64,000 bases of DNA, from positions 3,648,001-3,712,000 of the forward strand of contig OZ220696.1 of assembly GCA_965116495.1 (NCBI GenBank). The letters are read 5' to 3'. This document shows, one piece after another, positions 37,584 to 46,892 of the stretch; within the stretch, counting starts at the first letter, position 1, and each line of letters opens with the position of its first letter. The DNA comes from Gammaproteobacteria bacterium. GTDB lineage: Bacteria > Pseudomonadota > Gammaproteobacteria > Eutrophobiales > Eutrophobiaceae. Made by a program: the position numbers and the translations under genes. The notes under the pieces were generated by a model, which saw only the letters and a program-made list of their open reading frames with translations, had not been told where the DNA came from and did not search any database.

Positions 37584-40310
37584 TCAGCGGGTCCTGGTGG
37601 CTACGGTGAGCAGGGCGGGCAGGACCAGCAGCATGCAGGCGAGGGTGACGCCGATGCCCAGGGTCAGCAACATGCCCATGCTGGCCGTGCCGGCGTGCGG
37701 GGAGAGGGCGAGGTTGCCGACTCCGCCCATCGTGGTCAGGGAGCTGACCACCACGGCGCGGGCGGAACTGGTGGCCAGGATGTTTTTCCCGTCCGGCAGG
37801 TCGGTCCGGAACCGGTGGATGATATGGATGCCGCTGTCCACGCCTATCCCCAGCAATAACGGCAGGGCGATCACGTTGGCGAAGTTGAACGGGAGGCCGG
37901 CCAGCACGCTGATGCCGCCCGTTATCACGGCTGCCATGAGCAGGGGGATCAATACCAGGAACACGTCTTTTTTACGGGCAAGAAGTATGTACAACATGAT
38001 CGTGATGGCGATGAAGGCGTACAGGAATGCCTGCCTGAACGCGGTGGCCACCGCGTCGCTGGCCTCCAGGTTCATGACCGGCGCGCCGGTAACCTCGGGT
38101 GAAACGGACTGGATGGCGCGGACGAATTCCCTTAATGCCGTATCGTCCTGCATGTCCTGTTTCGGGTAGATCTCGATACGGCGCCGGCCGTCGGCGCTGA
38201 GCCAGAGGCGTTTCAGCGGGGCAGGCAGGTTGTCCAGGGATATATAATCGGCATCCAGGGACGCATTCAACGCATCCAGGCGCCCGGGCAGGGACGCCAG
38301 CAGCGCATGCTCCAGCTGCGCCAGTTTCTCCGGGCTGTTGTTGCTGCCGCCATTTCCGCCGGTCGCGCCATCGCCGTCATTCCTGCTGTTACTGTCATTT
38401 CCGCCATCCCCGCGCAAACGGGAATCCTTCTCCGCCCACAGGAGCATGTCCTGTTCCGCCAGCAGCACGGCCAGGTTCTCGCGCAACGTTGCCATGACCG
38501 GGTCATCCGTCCCGTGTTCCTGCAATTTCTGCTGGAAGGCGCGCAGCGCGGCCAGGCGTGCGCCGTGGCTTTGCGTTTCGGCATGGGGTTGCGCGGCGAC
38601 GGACAGATCGCCCAGCAGCAGGCTCATTTCATCGATGATATCCAGTTTTTCATCCTGGTCAGCGGGGATCAAATCCGCCACCGAGACGACTTTTTCGACC
38701 TCGTCCCGGTGCGCGAACTGTTCTCGGTACCTGGCTTCCTGTGCCGCGTCGGCGGCGATCATGATCCCGGTCCAGGGGGTCAGGTCATGGTCCGCGAGCA
38801 GTTGCCGGAAGGTTGCCAGCGCGGCGCCGTCCTGGTCGTGCAGGTTGAGCGTGTTGTGGTCGAAACGTATGCCGGTGAGCAGCAGGCCGGAGACCAGGGT
38901 GAGGAAGGTCGCGCCGCCCAGGATCTTGCCGGGGTAGTGTTCGACCAGCCGCCCTGCGTGCACGGGCCGGACCGTTGCGCCGGGTCTGAGAGGCAGGAGA
39001 GAGAGCAGCGCCGGTATGACCGTCAGGGTGACCACGAAACTGATGAACATGCCGAACCCGGAAATCCAGCCGAGCTCTGCGACGCCCGTGTAGTCGGTGG
39101 GGATGAAGGCAAAAAAACCGATGGCGGTGCTGACCGCGCACAGGAACAACGATCCGCCGACGTTGGCAGAGGTCTGCTGCAATGCGTTGCGGCCGTCGGC
39201 GCCGCCGGTGATGTGTTCCCGGTAGCGCAGGCAGTAGTGGATGGCGAAATCGACCCCCAGGCCGATGTACAGCACGGCAAACGCTACGGAGATCAGGTTC
39301 AGTTCGCCGACCGTGAGGGTGGCGAAGGCGGCGGTGAACAGCAGGCCCGTGACCAGGCTGGTCACGGTGACCAGCGCCAGTTTGACGGAGCCCAGGCCGG
39401 CCAGCAGGATGACCGTCACCAGGCCCAGGGCGAGGAGCGCGGCCGTTCTGGTGCCTTTCATCACGCTCAGCATCTCTTCGTGCGCCAGCACCGTGGCGCC
39501 GGTCAGCCGGATCTGCGCGCCCGGGGCTGAGGCGATGTCCAGGTCTTCATACACCTGGTGGATCGTGTCGATGGCGGCGGTTGCCGGGAAAAAGCCGCCG
39601 TAGTCCAGCTTCGGTTGCGTCAGGATGAACTCCCGGTAGGTGGATTTCCCCGCACCGGCGCCCGGCGGGCCGGCTTCGTCCGGCCTGTCCCCCGACATCA
39701 GCTCCTGCCATGACAGGCGGTAGGGTCTGCCGTCCTGCAGCGCCTCGACTGCGGCATTGATGCGGGTGAGGACGGGGTCGATATCCACCTGTTCCCCGTC
39801 GGCGCGGGCATCGAGCGCATCGGCCAGTACCTCCAGCAGGCCGCGCAGGGAGGGGTCGCGGGCCAGCCTTGCCAGGAACGGCTGGACCTCGGCGAGGTTG
39901 TCGGACAGGTCCTGGAGTTCCCCGCTATCCAGGTAGAGCAGGCCCGATTCCCTGAACACTGCCAGGGCATGGGGGTAAAACACGAATTCGAACAAGGCCT
40001 GTTCCGGTTGCAGGCGCTCGTAGAGTAACGCGGCGGCGTCCCGGGCCTGGTCCGGCGTCGCGGCCTCCACGACGATAAGGATGTTGTTATCGTATTGCGG
40101 GAACAGTCTTTCGTACTCCTGGTCCAGCTTGCGCCAGATAAGCTCCTCGGACAGCATATCCTCGGTGTCGGTGTTCATGCTGAGATTGTCCACGGTATAG
40201 CGCATGGCAAAGAAGGCAAGGGCGAACACCGCCACCAGCACCAGCGCGCCGTTTGTGCGGACAAAGCCGACCCATTTGAGCAGCAGCGCGGCTGAGAATT
40301 GCTTGATCAT
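37584..40310 (-). CDS. hpnN: MMPL/RND transporter, hopanoid-associated
   Basis: GLGVDFAIH and GIGVDSGIH motifs, two TM bundles, hpn context. Confidence 0.85.
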   Translation of the reverse strand: MIKQFSAALLLKWVGFVRTNGALVLVAVFALAFFAMRYTVDNLSMNTDTEDMLSEELIWRKLDQEYERLFPQYDNNILIVVEAATPDQARDAAALLYERLQPEQALFEFVFYPHALAVFRESGLLYLDSGELQDLSDNLAEVQPFLARLARDPSLRGLLEVLADALDARADGEQVDIDPVLTRINAAVEALQDGRPYRLSWQELMSGDRPDEAGPPGAGAGKSTYREFILTQPKLDYGGFFPATAAIDTIHQVYEDLDIASAPGAQIRLTGATVLAHEEMLSVMKGTRTAALLALGLVTVILLAGLGSVKLALVTVTSLVTGLLFTAAFATLTVGELNLISVAFAVLYIGLGVDFAIHYCLRYREHITGGADGRNALQQTSANVGGSLFLCAVSTAIGFFAFIPTDYTGVAELGWISGFGMFISFVVTLTVIPALLSLLPLRPGATVRPVHAGRLVEHYPGKILGGATFLTLVSGLLLTGIRFDHNTLNLHDQDGAALATFRQLLADHDLTPWTGIMIAADAAQEARYREQFAHRDEVEKVVSVADLIPADQDEKLDIIDEMSLLLGDLSVAAQPHAETQSHGARLAALRAFQQKLQEHGTDDPVMATLRENLAVLLAEQDMLLWAEKDSRLRGDGGNDSNSRNDGDGATGGNGGSNNSPEKLAQLEHALLASLPGRLDALNASLDADYISLDNLPAPLKRLWLSADGRRRIEIYPKQDMQDDTALREFVRAIQSVSPEVTGAPVMNLEASDAVATAFRQAFLYAFIAITIMLYILLARKKDVFLVLIPLLMAAVITGGISVLAGLPFNFANVIALPLLLGIGVDSGIHIIHRFRTDLPDGKNILATSSARAVVVSSLTTMGGVGNLALSPHAGTASMGMLLTLGIGVTLACMLLVLPALLTVATRTR

Positions 40311-40540
40311 CTTATGAAAATACCATCATCAAAACCCGCTGTCGGGCCAATTTGGGACACCCATAAATTTCCAATCCGTGCTAATTTGGGACACCCATAA
40401 ATTTCCAATTCATGAGTGTCCCAAATTAGCGCAAATTCCCAATTCATGGGTGTCCCAAATTAAGAAAGGAAATCCGGCCTGGGGGTCGGCGGCATGATGA
40501 TCGGGATGGCCGCCTTCATGACGGCAATGGCAGCAGCCTT

Positions 40541-41281
40541 TCAGACCCGGAATACGTATTCCTTGCCTGGTTCTCTCTCACAGTCCGGCGGGTAGCTTTT
40601 GCGTTTGTCGATGTAGTACTCGCGCCTGTGGTCGCCTTCGGACAGCCTGTTATAGGTGACGTAGAGCACTCGCCTGGGATTGCCGGTCAGGTTCTCCTTG
40701 GAGCGGTGCGGGGCGAAGGAATCGAAAAAAATCGTGTCGCCGGGTTGCGTGGGAATGGGGGTGTAGTCCAGGGCGTCTTCCTCCAGGGGCGTCCATCTCT
40801 CGCCTATCAGTCCCCGGGTATGCTGGCCCGGGGCCATTTCCATGCAGCCGTTCTCCAGGGTGCAGTCGTCGATGCTGACCAGGGCCGTGATATGCAGCCC
40901 GGCATAGGTATCCCACCCGGCCTGGACGTCCTGGTGGGCCTTGAAACCGGCGCCTCCGGGCAGTTTGAAATTGATTTTGTCCTTGTACAGTACGGCCTCT
41001 GTGCCGAACAGGCGCGTGCAGACGCCTTTTAATTTTTCACCGTTGAAGACACGGCTGAACTGCTCGTGGTACGGTTCGATATCTTCCACGCGGCTCAGGA
41101 TGCGGCCGCCGTTCAGCCTGCTTTCCTCGAAGTACATCATGTATTTTCCCGACAGCTCGGGATAATCCATGACCTCGTCGGTCCAGCGGGTCAAGTCCGT
41201 TATTTCGTTGCTGTCAAACAGCCCGCGGTAAACCAGGAACCCGTCGCGCTGAAAGTCTTCAACTTGTTGTTCTGTGAGCAT
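40541..41281 (-). CDS. Phytanoyl-CoA dioxygenase (PhyH) family Fe/2OG enzyme, PhnY-like
   Basis: FQRDGFL, KINFKLPGG.GF.AHQD, ENGC, PHRS..N. Confidence 0.85.
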   Translation of the reverse strand: MLTEQQVEDFQRDGFLVYRGLFDSNEITDLTRWTDEVMDYPELSGKYMMYFEESRLNGGRILSRVEDIEPYHEQFSRVFNGEKLKGVCTRLFGTEAVLYKDKINFKLPGGAGFKAHQDVQAGWDTYAGLHITALVSIDDCTLENGCMEMAPGQHTRGLIGERWTPLEEDALDYTPIPTQPGDTIFFDSFAPHRSKENLTGNPRRVLYVTYNRLSEGDHRREYYIDKRKSYPPDCEREPGKEYVFRV

Positions 41282-41325
41282 TATGTTCAGGTTTTCATGC
41301 TAAAAATACATACTTATAAACTAGT

Positions 41326-42195
41326 TCAGCCGTTTTGACAAGCCTCGGCGGAGGATGGCGGATGAAGGGCGATGTCAAGCAACTCCCGTGCGACCAGTCC
41401 CATGGTTTTCCCGGCCTGGCGGGAGGCCCGCGCCAGGCGCACCAGGTCCGGAATTTGGCCGGGGGACGTGGCCAGCCTGAGTCCCAGGGCCAGGCCGTTG
41501 AGCCTGCCGTAGGCATCGACCCGGCGCAGGACAATCTCGGGCAGCGCCAGGTCGGCAGGGTCGACAATGACGCGCGCAACGCAACCCTGCAGGCCGTTTT
41601 CCTGCGCCGCCTCGAGCACACCGGCGCTCTCCATGTCCACCGCGGTTGCCCCTGTCCGTTCAAACAGCCGCTGTTTGCCGGCGCTGCTTGAGACTACCTC
41701 GTCCGTGCATGCCAGCGGGCCTGTATGGACGTGGATGTTCTGCCTGGATAGCCGTTGTCCTGCCTGTGCGGGCAGGGCGGCGTTCACGGCGTATCTTACG
41801 GAGTGGACTGCACCCTGCTGTTCCTGCAATCCCGGGCCGGCCGTATCAGCCGCTACGGCTATGCTGTGTTTTCCGTTAGCTTCCTGGCCACCGGTAGCTG
41901 GATTTACCAATCCGGCCAGTTTGCTTTTCCCGACACAAATAATTTCCTGGGGCAGCACCAGGTCGCCCGGCCTGAGCGCCGGGGACAGGGCGCCTGCGGT
42001 GCCGAAACTGACCAGGCAGTCCACGTCTTCCCCGGCCAATGCCAGCGCTGCCTGTTTCGCCCTGTCACGGCCCATGCCGGACAGGATCATGAAAGTCCGT
42101 TCATTCAGCCTCACGGGTTGCCGGACCGGCAGTTTCCCCCGCATAAAGCAGGACGCCTCAACATAAAGCGCACAGACTATTCCGATACGGTTCAT
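41326..42195 (-). CDS. hpnG: Hopanoid-associated nucleoside phosphorylase-like protein
   Basis: SFGTAGALSP, AVDMES, RVIVD; contains a ~45-aa internal insertion. Confidence 0.75.
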   Translation of the reverse strand: MNRIGIVCALYVEASCFMRGKLPVRQPVRLNERTFMILSGMGRDRAKQAALALAGEDVDCLVSFGTAGALSPALRPGDLVLPQEIICVGKSKLAGLVNPATGGQEANGKHSIAVAADTAGPGLQEQQGAVHSVRYAVNAALPAQAGQRLSRQNIHVHTGPLACTDEVVSSSAGKQRLFERTGATAVDMESAGVLEAAQENGLQGCVARVIVDPADLALPEIVLRRVDAYGRLNGLALGLRLATSPGQIPDLVRLARASRQAGKTMGLVARELLDIALHPPSSAEACQNG

Positions 42196-42428
42196 CGGTT
42201 CAGTTTCACCCCCAAAAAGACCATTCTAAGCGCAATTATCGCTTCGTCTCAGTATTTATTCCCAATACAATCAATAGGTTATAGAGATTCATCGGGGTCA
42301 GACCAGAGCCGGATCAGACCAGAGCCGGAGCATAGACAGCGTTTTTCACCCCCCAAAACACCCTTCCAAGCGCAATTATCGCCCCGTATTGATATTTATA
42401 GCTATTATAATCAATGGGTTATGCGGAT

Positions 42429-43469
42429 TCATCCCGGTCCGGCCCGCGCCGGCGCAGGCAGGCCGGCGGAGAGGAGGTTGAACAGCCATCTCAGGAAGAA
42501 ATCGTGTCTCGTGAGCAGGTTCGTGGAGATAATCGTGGCTTTCACGGAGCGGCGGGTGATTTTCACCTCTTCCCCGGAGGTAAAGGTGCGATGGCTGTTG
42601 ATCTTGCGCAGGGTGAGTACCGCCATGCCCAGCGCCCACAGGCAGAAACGCCTGATCCCGACTTCGTGCGCGGGCAGCAACAGCGTGTAGTTCAAGGCGT
42701 TGTCAAGGTGCCCGCGGGCGACGCCGAGCAGGTGTCCCAGCGCCTGCTGGAATTCTTTTCCGTTATGCAAAGGGGTATCGCTGTTCAGGCGCACACCGTA
42801 GCTCTCCAGTACTGATTGCGGCAGCCAGCACATGTTGCGTTTCTGATCATCCCAGATATCCTTGAGGATATTCGTCATCTGCAGGCCCTGGCCGAAGGAG
42901 ACCGCCAGTTGCATCATCTCATCGTAGTGCTGGTTGATGGCGCTGGAATAATCGCAGAACAATTCGGTCAGCATTTCACCCACCACGCCTGCTACGTAAT
43001 AACAGTAGTTGTCCATATCCCGCTGGTCTTTCAGCCCGTTTGCCACGTTCGCCTCCTGGTACCTGGTCATGCCATCCGCCATGATGCGGATGCAACGATG
43101 CAATGCCGCCTGCTGGCGCTGGTTGAAGCTGTGGGTGACCCTGATGACTGCCGGGGTGTTCTGTATCAGGTCGCGCTCGCCGGCAGTTGCGGTGGGTGAT
43201 AACCGGGGATACAGGTCCCGGGAAAATTGTTGCGCATCCTCTGTGCCGGCTACTACCCGGATAAACCGTTCCGAGAATTGCTGTTTATCTTCGTATGGCA
43301 GGTGTTTGTCGTCTTCTATGGTATCGGCAGTCCGGCATAGCAGGTAGGCGTTGCCGACCACCCGCGCCAGCGGCGCCGGCAGTTGCGGAATGGTCAGGGC
43401 GAAAGTGCGGGAAACATCCTGGAGGATCCGGTCCTGGTAGGCCAGGTCTGCTGTCGCCGGTGGGTTCAT
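42429..43469 (-). CDS. Squalene/phytoene synthase family (single-enzyme SQS-like)
   Basis: VSRTFALTI, DTIEDD, YCYYVAGVVG, GLQMTNILKD. Confidence 0.9.
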   Translation of the reverse strand: MNPPATADLAYQDRILQDVSRTFALTIPQLPAPLARVVGNAYLLCRTADTIEDDKHLPYEDKQQFSERFIRVVAGTEDAQQFSRDLYPRLSPTATAGERDLIQNTPAVIRVTHSFNQRQQAALHRCIRIMADGMTRYQEANVANGLKDQRDMDNYCYYVAGVVGEMLTELFCDYSSAINQHYDEMMQLAVSFGQGLQMTNILKDIWDDQKRNMCWLPQSVLESYGVRLNSDTPLHNGKEFQQALGHLLGVARGHLDNALNYTLLLPAHEVGIRRFCLWALGMAVLTLRKINSHRTFTSGEEVKITRRSVKATIISTNLLTRHDFFLRWLFNLLSAGLPAPARAGPG

Positions 43470-43628
43470 AACCTCATCAATATGCCAACTATCGGGTATG
43501 AAGGCAAGTTTTTGCCCAATTCATGGGAGCTTAATTTGGGACACCCATAAATTTGGAATATCCAACAATTTGGGACACCCATGAATTTAGAAAATTCGTT
43601 AATTTATGGGTGTCCCAAATTTCTTCCT

Positions 43629-44603
43629 TTACCGGCGGTTGAAATAGCGGTGGCTTTCCACTTGTTGCAGGGTGAGCAGGCCGGCCGGGTCGAAGATCAG
43701 GTCGCGGACGCGCAGGGCCAGGGACAGGGCCAGGGAAAATTCGGGGTCGAAGCCGACCAGTGCGCCGATGATGATGAACGCGCCTTCCTGTACGCCGTAG
43801 GCGTTGGGGATGATGAATGCGAGGTCGCTCAGGGTGGCCGTCAGGCTGCGCAGCATTAATGCTTCGACTATGCCTATCGGTTGGCCCAGCAGGTAGCAGG
43901 CCAACCATAGTTCGAACGTGTGCAATGCCAATGAGGCCAGCCGGTACAGCGTGGCGATGAGGATATTGAGTTTATCCGAGTATAACTCCCGTATTAACCG
44001 GTCCACTTCGGTAGCGGAGAAGGTGACGTTTTCCCAGGAGTCGTGTTTGACCAGTCTGCCCGCGAGTTTTGCCAGGGCGCCCAGCATCCCGAAGCGTTGG
44101 AGTATGACCAGCCCGACCGCGCTGAGGACCAGGAAGACGATGCCGCCGACCGCGTACGGAACGACTGCCTTGTCGCCGGGCAGGAACGCCAGCAGCAGCG
44201 CACCGGCGAACGCCCACAAGGCCAGCGCCATGGCCTGGACCGCCTTGTCCACCATCACGGAGGCGGCCGCATCCACCCCGCCGGCGCCCCATATCAATAC
44301 CAGCCTTGCCTTGACGACCTCCCCGCCTATGGATGCGACCGGCAGCAGGTTGTTGACTGCACGCCCCATCCACGTCGCCAGCAGACCGTGTCCGAACGAG
44401 GGCCTGCTGCCGGGTTTGAACAACAGGAGCCAGCCCTGAGTCGACGGCAGCAGCACCGGGAACCACACCAGGGGCAGCAACAGCAGGTACCAGCCCGAGG
44501 CGAGCAGTAGCTGGAAGACGTCGCGAAAGCCCTGCCAGGCCAGCAGGCCGATGAGTAGCAGCAGCCCGAGGACAAGGCCGATTTGAGTAACGAAACGCAT
44601 CAA
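43629..44603 (-). CDS. Lysylphosphatidylglycerol-synthase TM/flippase-like protein (HpnL-like)
   Basis: NNLLPVASIGGEVVK, IPNAYGVQEG; multi-TM. Confidence 0.75.
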   Translation of the reverse strand: MMRFVTQIGLVLGLLLLIGLLAWQGFRDVFQLLLASGWYLLLLPLVWFPVLLPSTQGWLLLFKPGSRPSFGHGLLATWMGRAVNNLLPVASIGGEVVKARLVLIWGAGGVDAAASVMVDKAVQAMALALWAFAGALLLAFLPGDKAVVPYAVGGIVFLVLSAVGLVILQRFGMLGALAKLAGRLVKHDSWENVTFSATEVDRLIRELYSDKLNILIATLYRLASLALHTFELWLACYLLGQPIGIVEALMLRSLTATLSDLAFIIPNAYGVQEGAFIIIGALVGFDPEFSLALSLALRVRDLIFDPAGLLTLQQVESHRYFNRR

Positions 44604-44616
44604 AAAGACCGTGAAC

Positions 44617-44817
44617 TCAAAAGGCTTTGGTTATGCCAGCTTGTTTTAATGTTTCGTTGGCGGTATGCCTGGAAAGAATTTTACCATCTACAGTAATTTT
44701 CCGATAGGTAAGCGGGCTGTGCCATATTTCATGGTCACCCTTGCCTTTCCGGTAAAATTTGCAGCCGTGGTTCTTTAATATACGCTTTACTTCCGGCGTG
44801 AAAGAAGTCGGCGCCAA
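44617..44817 (-). CDS. HicA-family toxin
   Basis: L..HGC.F.RKGKGDHEIW...SRHTAN..LKQAG. Confidence 0.85.
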   Translation of the reverse strand: MAPTSFTPEVKRILKNHGCKFYRKGKGDHEIWHSPLTYRKITVDGKILSRHTANETLKQAGITKAF

Positions 44818-44823
44818 AGTCGT

Positions 44824-45072
44824 TTAACTGGCTAGTCGAAAATTTTGATGGCCACTGACAATCAAATCAATGCTGGGAACCCGGTTAGAGCTTGCATGGT
44901 TTAGTTCCAACAAATCAGGAATAACGGCTTTGAGCCGTGCTATAAGAGCCTCCTTGGTTACCGCTTCAATAGCGAGGCCCTCAATATCCGTGCTGGATGC
45001 GCTCCATACACCCGTCTCATCATCCCACAAAGCGTCTACTCTTAAGGCTTTTTCACTGTTTTTTGTGTACAT
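44824..45072 (-). CDS. HicB-like/DUF1902 antitoxin
   Basis: WDDETGVWSASSTDIEGLAIEA..L..VIPDLLELN; immediately upstream of HicA. Confidence 0.75.
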   Translation of the reverse strand: MYTKNSEKALRVDALWDDETGVWSASSTDIEGLAIEAVTKEALIARLKAVIPDLLELNHASSNRVPSIDLIVSGHQNFRLAS

Positions 45073-45269
45073 AATCTTATCGTCGACAGTCGGAATATAG
45101 TATGTGCCGCATAGCGGGATATTGCAAGTATAAGTGTTTTCCAATATGAAATGAGCCTGAAGGGGGGACGTGTTCAGAGACCTGATTTGGGACACCCATA
45201 AATCACAAATTTATTTCTTGAATTCATGGCTGTCCCAAAATTGGTCATTCCTGCGGGGGCAGGGGTCAA

Positions 45270-46568
45270 TTAATCGGAACTGGCTCCGTTGATTTCGCAG
45301 CAGACAACCTTTCCGTTCTGGATTACCAGTTCGGGGTAGACCAGGTTGCTGATGTCTTCCAGGGGGTCGGCGCTGAGCAGGATGAGGTCGGCGCGCTTGC
45401 CGGCGGCGATGCTTCCCAACTGGTCCTCGAGGCCCATGGCTTGCGCGGCGCGGAGGGTGGCTGCCTGGATGATTTCCGGGTTGGTCATGCCTGCCGTCTG
45501 CAGGGCCTGCAATTCCTGCAGGTAGAGCAGGTCGATGGTTTCGAGGTCTTTTACGTTGGAGTCCGTGCCGACCGCGAAGCGCACGCCGGCTTCTCGCATT
45601 TCGCGGAACTGGGCCATCATCGTCTCATAGGTATGTCCCAGGTTTTCGGCCAGCCATGCGGCGCTCTGCTTTTCCGCGTTGGCGGCGTATTCACCCTCCA
45701 GTTCGCGCAGGTGAAAACCCAGGGTGGGAATGACGTAGACGCCTTGTTCCACCATGGTGTTGATCACATTCGAGCCGCCATAGGGATACATGTGTTCGGT
45801 GCTGTCCACGCCTGCCTCGACCGCAATGCGGCCGGACTGCTTGACAAGGTCGTGGGTCCCGCCGACGTGGGCGGTGACCCGCAGGTGGTGGATGTGGGCC
45901 TCGTCGACGACCGCGGCCATTTCTTCTTGCGTCAGGAACGGGGCGACTTTTATCAAGTCTGCTTCCAGCTTGATAGCCTCTCTTACCCGCTCCCGCATTG
46001 CCCAGGGACCGCTGGCTTCCACTGCCCAGAGGGGAGGATGCAGCGGCTGGAATTCCGACCCATGGCCGCCGGTCACGGTAATAATGGGACCGGACGTATA
46101 GTAACGGGCGCCGCCCATCAGGCCGGCGCGCTGGGTGCGTTTCAACGAATAGCCGATCCATTCACGCGCGCCGACGTCGCGCACCGTCGTGACACCGATT
46201 TCCTGGTATCGTTCAAGGAACCGTTCCGAACGGATCGCATTGACGATGTCGTCATCCAGGCGCCGGGGGCCGGGCAGCATGAAGGTGACGTGAACGTGCA
46301 GGTCGAACAGTCCCGGCAGGACCCACTTCCCCTCGGCGGAGATGTGTTGCACATCATGTCCTTCGCTCGCCGTACCGCCGATGCTGTGTATGCGCTCTCC
46401 TGCAATCAGGAGTCCCGGGTTTTGCACGGGCGCTGCCCCGGTCCCGTCAACCAGCGTACCCCCCTCAATAAACAGGCGCGCAGGGTTTGCGGTTACATCC
46501 GTCCCTGCCGCGTGAACGTTGCATAGCGTCAGCAGGCACAATAACGTAGTAACTGTAATTTCTCTCAT
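45270..46568 (-). CDS. Metal-dependent amidohydrolase with signal peptide
   Basis: PGLFDLHVH, GVTTVRD, GTD, G.IAAGKRADL. Confidence 0.9.
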   Translation of the reverse strand: MREITVTTLLCLLTLCNVHAAGTDVTANPARLFIEGGTLVDGTGAAPVQNPGLLIAGERIHSIGGTASEGHDVQHISAEGKWVLPGLFDLHVHVTFMLPGPRRLDDDIVNAIRSERFLERYQEIGVTTVRDVGAREWIGYSLKRTQRAGLMGGARYYTSGPIITVTGGHGSEFQPLHPPLWAVEASGPWAMRERVREAIKLEADLIKVAPFLTQEEMAAVVDEAHIHHLRVTAHVGGTHDLVKQSGRIAVEAGVDSTEHMYPYGGSNVINTMVEQGVYVIPTLGFHLRELEGEYAANAEKQSAAWLAENLGHTYETMMAQFREMREAGVRFAVGTDSNVKDLETIDLLYLQELQALQTAGMTNPEIIQAATLRAAQAMGLEDQLGSIAAGKRADLILLSADPLEDISNLVYPELVIQNGKVVCCEINGASSD

Positions 46569-46892
46569 ATATCGGTCACCCGGCAGTTCATCAATATAAT
46601 TCTGGTGGTCAGGTTATTTAATCAATGGTGTCAGACTCGATTGATTTTCCGCCATTCCTGCGAATACAGGAATCTGAATGAGCTAAATCAATCGGGTCTA
46701 ATCCTATTGATACTGTCCAACTCATGGGTGTCCCAAATTAGATCGATCCAACTCATGGGTGTCCCAAATTTGCAAAAATTGACAATTTATGGGTGTCCCA
46801 AATTAGGTTGCGGTACAATCCCACCCCGCATTAACACCGTACCGGGTAAAACTTTGCCGGGTCTGCGGTGTTTTTGTCACACTACCGGCGTG

